Assembly: GCA_032128115.1 (NCBI GenBank)
Contig: JAQBHB010000093.1
Location: forward strand, 42,577-106,576
Source of the DNA: Deltaproteobacteria bacterium
Lineage (GTDB): Bacteria; Myxococcota_A; UBA9160; SMWR01
DNA: 64,000 nucleotides
Reading direction: 5' to 3'
Part shown: in pieces, positions 46,176-54,234 of the stretch
Position numbering within the stretch: the stretch's first letter is position 1
How the letters are laid out: each line of letters opens with the position of its first letter
The notes under the pieces: model-generated
Seen by the model: only the letters and a program-made list of their open reading frames with translations
Database searches by the model: none
Told to the model about the DNA's origin: nothing
Made by a program: the position numbers and the translations under genes

Positions 46176-48341
46176 TCAGTGGGGTGTCTCCACCCAGGCG
46201 CGCCCCTCGCGATACATCGCCAGGCGTCCCTCGATTTCCGACGCGAGGTCGGCGCGCCCCACGGCCCTGGCGCGTTGCGATGCCTCCCGCGCCACGCGCA
46301 CGGCCTCGTCGAAACGGCCCGCGGCCGCGCAGCCCGCCGCCAGGGTGTCGAGCAGGGCCGGGTGGGGCGCCGCATCCTGCGCCAGGGCGGCACGCGCGAT
46401 CCGGATCGCCTCCTCGGGCTGCCGGATGTCGGCGGAGGGATGCGTGGCCAGCAGCCAGGCCAGGTTGTTTCCGGCGGTGCGAGACTCGGGCGCGAGCGCA
46501 AGCGCCGCGTAGAAGTGACGCACCGCGAGCTCCGGCTCGCCGGCAGCCAGGGACAGCTCGGCCAGGCTGATCTGGAGATCGGCTGACTGCACGCCGAGCG
46601 CGTCCGCGCGCGCAAGCTGCGGGCGCGCCTCCTCTGGGCGTTCCATCCGGATGAGCAGGAGACCCAGATTCGCCCGGGCTTCGCCCAGGGCCGGGTCGAG
46701 CGCGACGGCACGCCGGTAGTGATCCAGGGCCGCGTCGAGATCGCCCTGGTCGGTGAGCGCGCGCGCCAGCTGGGCGTGGATGCGCGGGCGGTTGACCTCG
46801 CGGGCCCGTTCGAGGGCGACGCGCAGCTGGCGCGCGGCGCGATTGGGGTGGCCGGTTTCCAGCAGCGCCATGCCCAGCTGAACGCGTGCGCGCGCATTCT
46901 TGGGGGCCAATTCCACGGCCTTCTCGAAGTGGCGCAGGGCGCCCGCGAGATCTCCCTGCTTTTCCAGCACCTCTCCCAGACCCAGCTCCGCGGCGGGCCA
47001 GCGCGGCTTCATCCGCGCCGCTTCGGCGTAGTGGTGCCCGGCTTCTTCGGTGCGGCCCTGCAACAGCAACAGACCCGCGAGCCCGTGGTGGGCCACGAAA
47101 TTGTCGTCGGTGACGGCCAGTGCCCGCTGGAACAGGGCCTCGGTGTCGCGCCAGTGTGCGAGCTGACGCGAGCTGACGAGGGCGAGCACCAGCATCGAGG
47201 CCACTCCGGCCGCGGACAAGGCGTTGCGACCGAAGCGGCGACCTCGCAGCAGGTCGCGGGCACCCCACGCCACCGCCAGGCTCGCTCCGATCAACGGCAG
47301 GTACATGTAGCGGTCGGCGCGGGCTTGCATTCCCACCTGGATCAGACCGATCACGGGAACGAGGGTTCCCAGCATCCAGAGCCAGCCCACGATCCACCAG
47401 GGTCGCGAGGCGGCCGCGCGGATCGCGGCGGCGGTGGCGCCCGCCAGGAGCACGCCGGCGCCGAGGCTTTGCGTCAGGGGGAGGCTGCGCAGCGGATGCG
47501 GATAGAACACCGCGAGCCCGCTGGGCCAGAAGCTCTTCAGCGCATACCAGACATAGGAGTGGAGGGCGTTCTGGAGACGGGGCCCCAGGGGCAGGGCGGG
47601 TTCCGGGGCCATGGCGCCGGTTTCGCGCTGCACCTGGAAGGTCACGAAGCAGACCGCGGCCGCGATTGCGAACAGGGGGATCTTCTCGACCACGGCGCGT
47701 CCCAGGCGACGCGGGTCGGGAGCCGCCCGCTGTGTGCCGTTTCCCAGCCTTGCCAGGGGCCAGTAGTCCAGCAATAGCAACACGAACGGAAGCGTCACCA
47801 GCATCGGTTTGGCCAGGAGACCCAGGAGCATCGCTACGGCCACCAGCAGGTAGCGGCCGAGCGATTCCGGCCGCCGGGTCCAGCTCACGTAGGCGTGCAG
47901 CGCGAGCATGAAGAACACCGCGCTCAGCACGTCCTTGCGTTCCGAGGCCCAGGCCACGGATTCCACGTGCAGTGGGTGCAGGGCGAAGACGGCGGCGGCG
48001 AAGGCGCTGGGCCCCAGGGCGCCGGTCATGCGCACGAGGACCGACAACAACAGCCATGTGCTGAGGATGTGGAGGGCGAAATTCGTGAGGTGATAGCCTG
48101 CGGGCTCGAGTTCGTGGAGGGCGTAGTCGAGCTGGAGGGAGATCCAGGTGAGGGGAATCCAGTTGGTCTCGTAGGGCGTGGTGAAGGCGCGCACGACACC
48201 AGAAAGACCTGCGGAAAGGTTCGGGTTCTCCAGGATGTAGACCCGGTCGTCGTAGTTGACGAAGTCGTGATTGCGAACCGGGAGGTAGACTGCACCCGTC
48301 ACGGCCACGAGCAGCAACGACACGAGTGCCTGGCGACGCAT
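46176..48341 (-). CDS. TMTC-like GT-C glycosyltransferase: PMT_2/DUF1736 membrane domain fused to C-terminal TPR repeats
   Basis: 721 aa. It has the loop-1 acidic motif FVNYDD, the DUF1736-like HPLHVESVAWASERKDVLSAVFF, roughly 10 TM helices and roughly 8 TPR units (ALRHFEKAVELAPKNARARVQLG...). Confidence 0.7.
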   Translation of the reverse strand: MRRQALVSLLLVAVTGAVYLPVRNHDFVNYDDRVYILENPNLSAGLSGVVRAFTTPYETNWIPLTWISLQLDYALHELEPAGYHLTNFALHILSTWLLLSVLVRMTGALGPSAFAAAVFALHPLHVESVAWASERKDVLSAVFFMLALHAYVSWTRRPESLGRYLLVAVAMLLGLLAKPMLVTLPFVLLLLDYWPLARLGNGTQRAAPDPRRLGRAVVEKIPLFAIAAAVCFVTFQVQRETGAMAPEPALPLGPRLQNALHSYVWYALKSFWPSGLAVFYPHPLRSLPLTQSLGAGVLLAGATAAAIRAAASRPWWIVGWLWMLGTLVPVIGLIQVGMQARADRYMYLPLIGASLAVAWGARDLLRGRRFGRNALSAAGVASMLVLALVSSRQLAHWRDTEALFQRALAVTDDNFVAHHGLAGLLLLQGRTEEAGHHYAEAARMKPRWPAAELGLGEVLEKQGDLAGALRHFEKAVELAPKNARARVQLGMALLETGHPNRAARQLRVALERAREVNRPRIHAQLARALTDQGDLDAALDHYRRAVALDPALGEARANLGLLLIRMERPEEARPQLARADALGVQSADLQISLAELSLAAGEPELAVRHFYAALALAPESRTAGNNLAWLLATHPSADIRQPEEAIRIARAALAQDAAPHPALLDTLAAGCAAAGRFDEAVRVAREASQRARAVGRADLASEIEGRLAMYREGRAWVETPH

Positions 48342-48350
48342 CGAGGCGGC

Positions 48351-49838
48351 CTAGTCCGACCGGGTGGGCTCGCCCTCGCCAGGCTGTGCCGTGTCGGAGG
48401 TTCCCGGTTCCGGAGCGTCCACGTATCCCAGGGCCTGCAGGGCATCGAGATCGTCGGAGGAGAGCTGTTGGGGAGTCTCGTCCCGCAGCTCCAGGCCCTT
48501 GCGCAGGATCATCAGGCGCTTGCGCAACGAGGAGGCGATCTCGGGAGCCGGGGCTACCAGATTCACCGTCTCCTTCCCCCTTCGGAAGAGCTGGCCGTGT
48601 CCCACGGTGCCTTCCAGGGAGACGATGAACTTGTAGTCCCCGTCCACTACGGCGAATCGACGCACGGCGCCCGCGCCCAGCGTCGCCATGTACGGGACGC
48701 TGTTCTCCGCATCGGCGCCCAGCGCCAGCACGTCCCGACCGCGGGGCGACCCCTCGGGCATCACGCCCAACAGGGAAAGCACCGTGGGGTAGAGGTCCAC
48801 GGCCGACACCAGGTCGTCGCGCCGCGCGGGACGCAGCTCCGGGGAGCGCACCATCAGGGGGACCCGCACGAAGGCATCCATCAGGTGCTCGCCGTGGGAG
48901 AACCAGTAGTCGCCCTCGCCCAGGGCTTCGCCGTGATCGGCCGAGAACACCACGAGGGCGTTGCGGTCGAGCCCGCGCTCACGCAGGCCGTCGAGCAGGC
49001 GCCCGACCTCCCGATCCATATAGGCCACCTCGGCGGCGTAGCCCGCGCGGTAGAAGGCGATCTCATGCTGGCCGTCCAGATACTGGTATCGGGGGATGGC
49101 GCCACGCCCGCTGTCCCCCGTCCCCTGCAGGGGGAGGCGTCGCAGGCCGCCCTCGACCCCGCGCTCGCGCGCAAGCTGAGAGTCGCGGGAGCCCGCCGGC
49201 GGGGTGTATGGCCCGTGCGGATCCTGGTAGTGCACCCAGACGAAGCAGGGCGTCGCCCGGCCATCGGTGCAGGCATCCAGCGTACCCAGGAAGGCGTCGG
49301 TCGTGTCGACCGCGACGCGTTCCGGCCAGCGGCGCACCGCTTCACGTTGGGGGAAGTCGTCGTCGTAGACGTCGAATCCGGCCGCGAGTCCCGACGAGGC
49401 CCGCAGTACGAAGTTGCTGACGACCGCGGCGGTTCGCCAGCCGTGTTGCCGCAGGCTGGCCGCCAGCGAGGGCACGTCTGCCGGAACCGCCGACTCGTTG
49501 TTGATGAGACCCAACTCTTCGGGATAACGCCCGGTGAGCAGAGCGCTGATGGAGGGGAGGGTGAGCGACGTGGCGGAGTATGCGGCTGTGAAGACGACGC
49601 TCTCGTCCGCCAGGGCGTCCAGATTCGGCGTCAGACCGCGGTCGCTTCCGTAGGCGCCCAGGTAGTCGGCGCGCAGGGTATCCACCGTGATCAGGACGAA
49701 CAGGCGAGGCGCGGGCGGACTGCAGCCCGTCCCCGCGGCGGTCAGGGTGATGGCCGGAAACACGGCGACGAGAAGGGTCGCGACCACCCGCGCCAACGCG
49801 ACCAGGGCCGGCTTCCGGGGGGTCCGCGGGCGCCTCAT
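48351..49838 (-). CDS. Sulfatase-fold (alkaline-phosphatase superfamily) lipoprotein with Thr in the nucleophile position
   Basis: It has a signal/lipobox region (LTAAGTGC), metal-site ITVDTLRAD and SATSLTLPSISALLTGRYP. The last aligns with CxPSR of true sulfatases but reads T-L-P-S-I. HGEALGE lies later in the sequence. The start was chosen at 49838. Confidence 0.75.
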   Translation of the reverse strand: MRRPRTPRKPALVALARVVATLLVAVFPAITLTAAGTGCSPPAPRLFVLITVDTLRADYLGAYGSDRGLTPNLDALADESVVFTAAYSATSLTLPSISALLTGRYPEELGLINNESAVPADVPSLAASLRQHGWRTAAVVSNFVLRASSGLAAGFDVYDDDFPQREAVRRWPERVAVDTTDAFLGTLDACTDGRATPCFVWVHYQDPHGPYTPPAGSRDSQLARERGVEGGLRRLPLQGTGDSGRGAIPRYQYLDGQHEIAFYRAGYAAEVAYMDREVGRLLDGLRERGLDRNALVVFSADHGEALGEGDYWFSHGEHLMDAFVRVPLMVRSPELRPARRDDLVSAVDLYPTVLSLLGVMPEGSPRGRDVLALGADAENSVPYMATLGAGAVRRFAVVDGDYKFIVSLEGTVGHGQLFRRGKETVNLVAPAPEIASSLRKRLMILRKGLELRDETPQQLSSDDLDALQALGYVDAPEPGTSDTAQPGEGEPTRSD

Positions 49839-49981
49839 GGAGATCGGAAACGTAGCACGCCGCCGGCCCGGGGCGGCTGTGGGGCTGCCCGCATTGCCCG
49901 CTGCGCGGGCGTGTGCGATGGTGGTCTGCCGCCGAATCCCACCATGTTTCTTCGCACCTCGCGCCATCCGGAACCCGCCCG

Positions 49982-51604
49982 ATGACGGACCCGATCGGCG
50001 CCCTGCCTCGCGGCGCGCTCACCGCCGTCCTGGTCGCTGCCAGCGTGCTCTTCGTCGCGTTGCGAGCGCCCTACTGGTCGGTTCCCCTGGAGCGCGACGA
50101 GGGCGAGTACGCCTACGTGGCACAGCGCATGCTGCAGGGCGAGGTTCCGTACCGCGACGCTTTCGACCAGAAGCCGCCTGGCGTTTTCCTGGTCTACGCC
50201 GCGGCGTTCGTCGCGTTCGGCGAGTCGATCGAATCCATCCATGGAATGATGCACCTCTTCAGTGCGGCCACCGCCCTGGTGTTGTGGTTGCTGGTGCGTC
50301 GCCTGGCGGGAGACGCCGCTAGCGCCTTTTCGGTACTGGCTTTCGCCGTGATGTCCACCGACTCGCGGATCGTGGCCACGGCGGCCAACACCGAGATCTT
50401 CATGCTGTTGCCCCTCTCGCTCTGCATGCTTGCACTGGTGCGAGCGCTGGAGGACGGTCGGGCGCGCTGGTGGCTGGCGTGCGGTGCGTTCGCGCTGGGC
50501 GCGTGCTGGATCAAGCAGGTGGCGGCGGTCAACACGGTGTTCGTGGGCCTGTTCGCGGTGGGAAGTCTGGTCCGGCGGCGAGCCGGGGCCAGGCGTGTGC
50601 TTCGCGCGGTCGCTCTCATGCTGGCCGGCGGTGCTGTGGTCTCACTGCCGCTCGCGGCGTACTTCGCGTGGCATGGAGCCTGGGCGGAGTTCGTGGATGC
50701 GGTATTCCTGCACAATCTGGCGTACAGCCAACGCATGTCGTGGGCGGCCGGATGTCGCAACGCCTGGATCGCCCTGGGACACCAGGCCCCGAGCCTTGCC
50801 GTCTTCTGGATCCTGACGCTCGCGGCGATCGTCTGGCCGCGCGCGGCGCCGCGCGAGATCCGGATCCTGCTGGCGGGGTGGACCGTGGCCTCCCTGCTGG
50901 GGGTGTCGATCGGGCTGTATTTCCGGCCCCATTACTTCATCCAGATGCTGCCGCCGCTGGCCGCCGCCGCGGGCGTGGCGGCCGGGGCAGTGGTGGGGGC
51001 CCTTCCGGCCCAACGGGCCCTGGTGCGAGGCGCGGTCGTGGCGGCTGCGATCGGAGTGCTTGGCGCGCCCGCCGTGGTGGCCAACTGGGCAACCCTGACT
51101 GCCGGGTCCCCCAACGCCGTGTCGCGCAGGATCTACGGACTGAACCCCTTCCCCGAGTCCCTGGAGATCGCCAAGTACATCCGGCGCACCAGTTCCCCGG
51201 ACGATTCGATCTACGTGATGGGATCCGAGCCCCAGATCTTCTTCTACGCCGAGCGCCGGAGCGCTACCCGTTACATCTTCTTCTATCCGTTGATGGGGGC
51301 ATTTCCCGACGCGGGCCAGCGACAGCGGGAATTGATTCGCGAGGTCCAGGCCGCGAATCCACGCTATGTGGTGGTTGCCAACCTTTCCACGTCGCTGATG
51401 GCGAACTCCAACACGGATCCCTACGTGTTCGACGAGACGAGGCGCTGGCTCGCGCGCCACTACCGGCTCGAATTCGTGGCGATTCCCCAGGCCGGGAAAC
51501 GCGAATTCGATTTCATCTACGGGAGCGGCGCTCGCGCAGCCATGGGCGATTCGGACGCTCGAGCGGCGCCCCGGGCCTGGGTCGCGGTCTTCCGGCGCTC
51601 CTGA
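49982..51604 (+). CDS. GT-C fold membrane glycosyltransferase (ArnT/PMT-like, GT39/GT83-type)
   Basis: About 540 aa. It has a first-loop acidic motif ERDEGEYAYVAQRMLQGEVPYRDAFDQKPPG, roughly 11 TM helices and a soluble C-terminal domain. Confidence 0.65.
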   Translation: MTDPIGALPRGALTAVLVAASVLFVALRAPYWSVPLERDEGEYAYVAQRMLQGEVPYRDAFDQKPPGVFLVYAAAFVAFGESIESIHGMMHLFSAATALVLWLLVRRLAGDAASAFSVLAFAVMSTDSRIVATAANTEIFMLLPLSLCMLALVRALEDGRARWWLACGAFALGACWIKQVAAVNTVFVGLFAVGSLVRRRAGARRVLRAVALMLAGGAVVSLPLAAYFAWHGAWAEFVDAVFLHNLAYSQRMSWAAGCRNAWIALGHQAPSLAVFWILTLAAIVWPRAAPREIRILLAGWTVASLLGVSIGLYFRPHYFIQMLPPLAAAAGVAAGAVVGALPAQRALVRGAVVAAAIGVLGAPAVVANWATLTAGSPNAVSRRIYGLNPFPESLEIAKYIRRTSSPDDSIYVMGSEPQIFFYAERRSATRYIFFYPLMGAFPDAGQRQRELIREVQAANPRYVVVANLSTSLMANSNTDPYVFDETRRWLARHYRLEFVAIPQAGKREFDFIYGSGARAAMGDSDARAAPRAWVAVFRRS

Positions 51605-51690
51605 GGATCCGCGGCCGGTATGCGATAAGCTCGGCACGGCAGTTTCACGGCCCCCCGTTTGCGGACGGGCCCGCCACAGGAGGGATTCCA

Positions 51691-52473
51691 ATGAACCGCA
51701 TCACTTCGGGACTTCTCGTCGTGTCCATGGCGCTCCTCGCCAGCGCCTGCGTGGTGATCGAGGATGGCGAGGTCGGTGTATCCAAGAGCTTCGGATCCAT
51801 CCGCGACGAGCCGGTGGGTCAGGGCATCGTGATCCAGGTGCCGGTGATCCGGACCGTGGAAACCTGGGACGTCAAGCTTCAGGAGCTGAAGGAGACGGCG
51901 CAGGTGCCGTCGTCCGAGGGCCTCATCGTCGGCCTGGATACCTCCATGTTGTTCCAGGTGCAGCCCGAAATGGCGCCGAGTATCCGCAAGACGGTGGGGT
52001 GGAACTACGTGAACACCCTGATCGTGCCCTATTTCCGCAACGCCGTGCGCGACGTGGTGAGTGGATATCCGGTGCGGAACATCTACGGCGAGGAGGGCCG
52101 CAAGGAGATCGCCCGCAAGGTGCGTGAGTTCCTGATCGAGAACCTGGAGCCCCGCGGCATCATCGTGGTGGACGTGCTCCTGCGCGACGTGAAGCTCCCG
52201 GAGAAGTTCAAGGATTCGATCGAGGCCAAGCTGACCGCCCAGCAAGTGGTGGCCCAGAAGCAGTTCGAGCTCGAGCAGGCCAAGAAGGACGCCGAGATCG
52301 AGGTGGCCCGGGCGAAGGGCGCCGCCGAGGCCCAGGAAATCGTGCGCTCGACCCTGAGCGACTCGTATCTGCAGTACCTGTGGATCAAGACCCTGAACGA
52401 GAATCCCAACGTGATCTACGTGGCCACCGAGGCCAACATGCCGATCTTCAAGAATGCGGCCGGGAGACGCTGA
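51691..52473 (+). CDS. SPFH/Band-7 (prohibitin-type) lipoprotein
   Basis: It has an AGGAGGG SD, and MNRITSGLLVVSMALLASAC carries a lipobox. An SPFH core and a coiled AQQVVAQKQFELEQAKKDAEIEVARAKGAAEAQ segment follow. Confidence 0.85.
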   Translation: MNRITSGLLVVSMALLASACVVIEDGEVGVSKSFGSIRDEPVGQGIVIQVPVIRTVETWDVKLQELKETAQVPSSEGLIVGLDTSMLFQVQPEMAPSIRKTVGWNYVNTLIVPYFRNAVRDVVSGYPVRNIYGEEGRKEIARKVREFLIENLEPRGIIVVDVLLRDVKLPEKFKDSIEAKLTAQQVVAQKQFELEQAKKDAEIEVARAKGAAEAQEIVRSTLSDSYLQYLWIKTLNENPNVIYVATEANMPIFKNAAGRR

Positions 52474-52476
52474 GCT

Positions 52477-53853
52477 TCAACGCCGGCGCATGCGATAGAC
52501 GACGCGTTCCGACCCGACCAGGGGTGTGGCGTCCTCCAGCGTGAAGCGCGTCGCGAACGCGGCCTCGAAGCCATTGCGGCTGTAGTCGGGAAACACGTCC
52601 TCGCGGGTCGCCAGCATGGTCTGGACCCTGGGATCGCTCTTGGGCACGAACTCGACGATCAGACCCTCGGCCAGATCGGCGAAAAAACTGGCCACCTGGG
52701 GCAGGGGCACGTTGTTTCCGATGGCCAGGTGGTGCACCAGGGCCAGGGCCAGCAGCGCGTCGGCGCTCGCGCGATCCGCGAGCGAGGCGCGCTCCGCGTG
52801 GGCCCAGCCCAGCGCCGGACTGGGGTTGGTGAGATCCAGGACCAGCGGCAGCAGCTTCGACTCGCCGGTGTCGCGAGCGCGCCGGTAGCTGCGGTCGATG
52901 CAGGCCGGATCCTTGTCAAAGGAAATGGTCTGGATGCCGCGCTCGGAGGCGATTCGACTGAACTCGCCGGTGTTTGCGCCCAGGTCCCAGACCCGGCCCG
53001 GCGCCAGCGTGTCCAGGTGCTGGGACACGAGTCGTTGCTTGTGCTCGTGGGATGCCGGGGCGTAGCTGACACCCGCTGCGTAGTCGGCCCACTCGGTGCC
53101 GTCTGCGCGCCAACGGAGCCTCTTCACCGCAGACTCGAGCGCGCGGATCAGGTTTGCGTGGGCGGACTTCGAGAGCGGGCGCACCTTGGCGGCGGCGTCC
53201 GTGTCGGACCGGTAGCGCTGCTGGTATCCCGCGTGCATCCGGATGTGAAGGAACAGGTGCACGTTCAGCCAGGCCCGGGCTGGAAGCAGGCTTCGCGCCA
53301 GGTCGAGCGGGATTCCGTCCAGGTGGACGCGCAGCAGGCTCGAGAGTCTCACGTCCCGATACGCCATGAGCGCCAGGGGCGCCAGGAAGTGCTGGCAGAA
53401 CTGCCGGTACCCGACCCACGGAGACCCCTCCCGGTAGCGCTCGAAGGAGAGCGTGTCGATCCACAGCGGTCGGCCCCGGTGGAACTGCACGTTGTAGGCG
53501 CTGGCATCCTTGAGGGTCATATCGAAGCGCAGCGCCAGCTGTTGCACCTGCAGGGTGGCCAGTGCAGCATCCTGAAGCTGGCTGAACGACCACTCGTAGG
53601 GGTACGACACGAAATCCACGCGCTCGGGTCGCAGGATGCGGTGGGCTTCGCCCCGGGAGGCGGGCTCCCCTCGGGCTTCTTCGTGGGGGATCAGGAGATT
53701 TCGTTCCGTGAGCTCCCGGTACAGGCCGGATTCGACCAGGTGGTCGTAGTCGGGGGCGTATCGGGGGTTCACCTGGCGGTGAAGGATCCCGTCCCGCTCG
53801 AAGACGAAGCCGCTGGGGTCTCGGAAGGAGGAGCCGAGGGGCTCGTCAGCCAT
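52477..53853 (-). CDS. Two-domain protein: N-terminal protein-kinase-like fold + C-terminal class I SAM methyltransferase
   Basis: The N-terminal half has a Brenner-like LKDASAYN (D-x4-N) followed by LWIDTLSFE. The C-terminal half has MTase motif I VWDLGANTGEFS and post-I ISFDKD. The ATG at 53853 overlaps the upstream small ORF stop by 8 nt; the longest ORF start is 53868. Confidence 0.6.
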   Translation of the reverse strand: MADEPLGSSFRDPSGFVFERDGILHRQVNPRYAPDYDHLVESGLYRELTERNLLIPHEEARGEPASRGEAHRILRPERVDFVSYPYEWSFSQLQDAALATLQVQQLALRFDMTLKDASAYNVQFHRGRPLWIDTLSFERYREGSPWVGYRQFCQHFLAPLALMAYRDVRLSSLLRVHLDGIPLDLARSLLPARAWLNVHLFLHIRMHAGYQQRYRSDTDAAAKVRPLSKSAHANLIRALESAVKRLRWRADGTEWADYAAGVSYAPASHEHKQRLVSQHLDTLAPGRVWDLGANTGEFSRIASERGIQTISFDKDPACIDRSYRRARDTGESKLLPLVLDLTNPSPALGWAHAERASLADRASADALLALALVHHLAIGNNVPLPQVASFFADLAEGLIVEFVPKSDPRVQTMLATREDVFPDYSRNGFEAAFATRFTLEDATPLVGSERVVYRMRRR

Positions 53854-54133
53854 CGTTGCGACGTGCACCCTTCTCGTCGTGGGAGGCTCTCTCGTCGTGG
53901 GCGGGCATCTGGGCGGGTCGGAAGAACTTCACGATCCTCTTCCAGTACGCGTTGAGGGCCACCACCGCGCCCGCGATCATCGCCACCAGGGCCTGCAGGA
54001 TGAAGCTCCCCGCGCCAGGATCCACATAGGCGAGGCGGAGCGCGGTTGCATCCAGTGTTGCAGCCGAGGCGGCGAGCCCCGTGGATGCCACCAGGGCCAG
54101 GGCGAGGACCAGAGGGCGTCGGCAGCGCGGCAT
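53846..54133 (-). CDS. Small membrane protein (95 aa), signal/anchor + one TM, YVDPGAGSFILQ motif
   Basis: MPRCRRPLVLALALVASTGLAASAA, then YVDPGAGSFILQALVAMIAGAVVAL, then a basic tail. It appears translationally coupled to the downstream methyltransferase gene. Confidence 0.45.
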   Translation of the reverse strand: MPRCRRPLVLALALVASTGLAASAATLDATALRLAYVDPGAGSFILQALVAMIAGAVVALNAYWKRIVKFFRPAQMPAHDERASHDEKGARRNDG

Positions 54134-54234
54134 GGAGTTCCTCGGATGGGTCGCGAATGCCCCCGTGGGCCCCATTGTGCCATTCTCCCCATCCCGCTTT
54201 CAACCGCGGCGCGCGGCGGGGGGTAGGGTTGTGG

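Noticed and set aside
46126-48057. Upstream extension that makes the SDR gene a 923-aa ORF
   Set aside because: The SDR Rossmann motif starts 6 residues after the Met at 46125. The extension runs antisense through the TMTC-like gene and is low-complexity.
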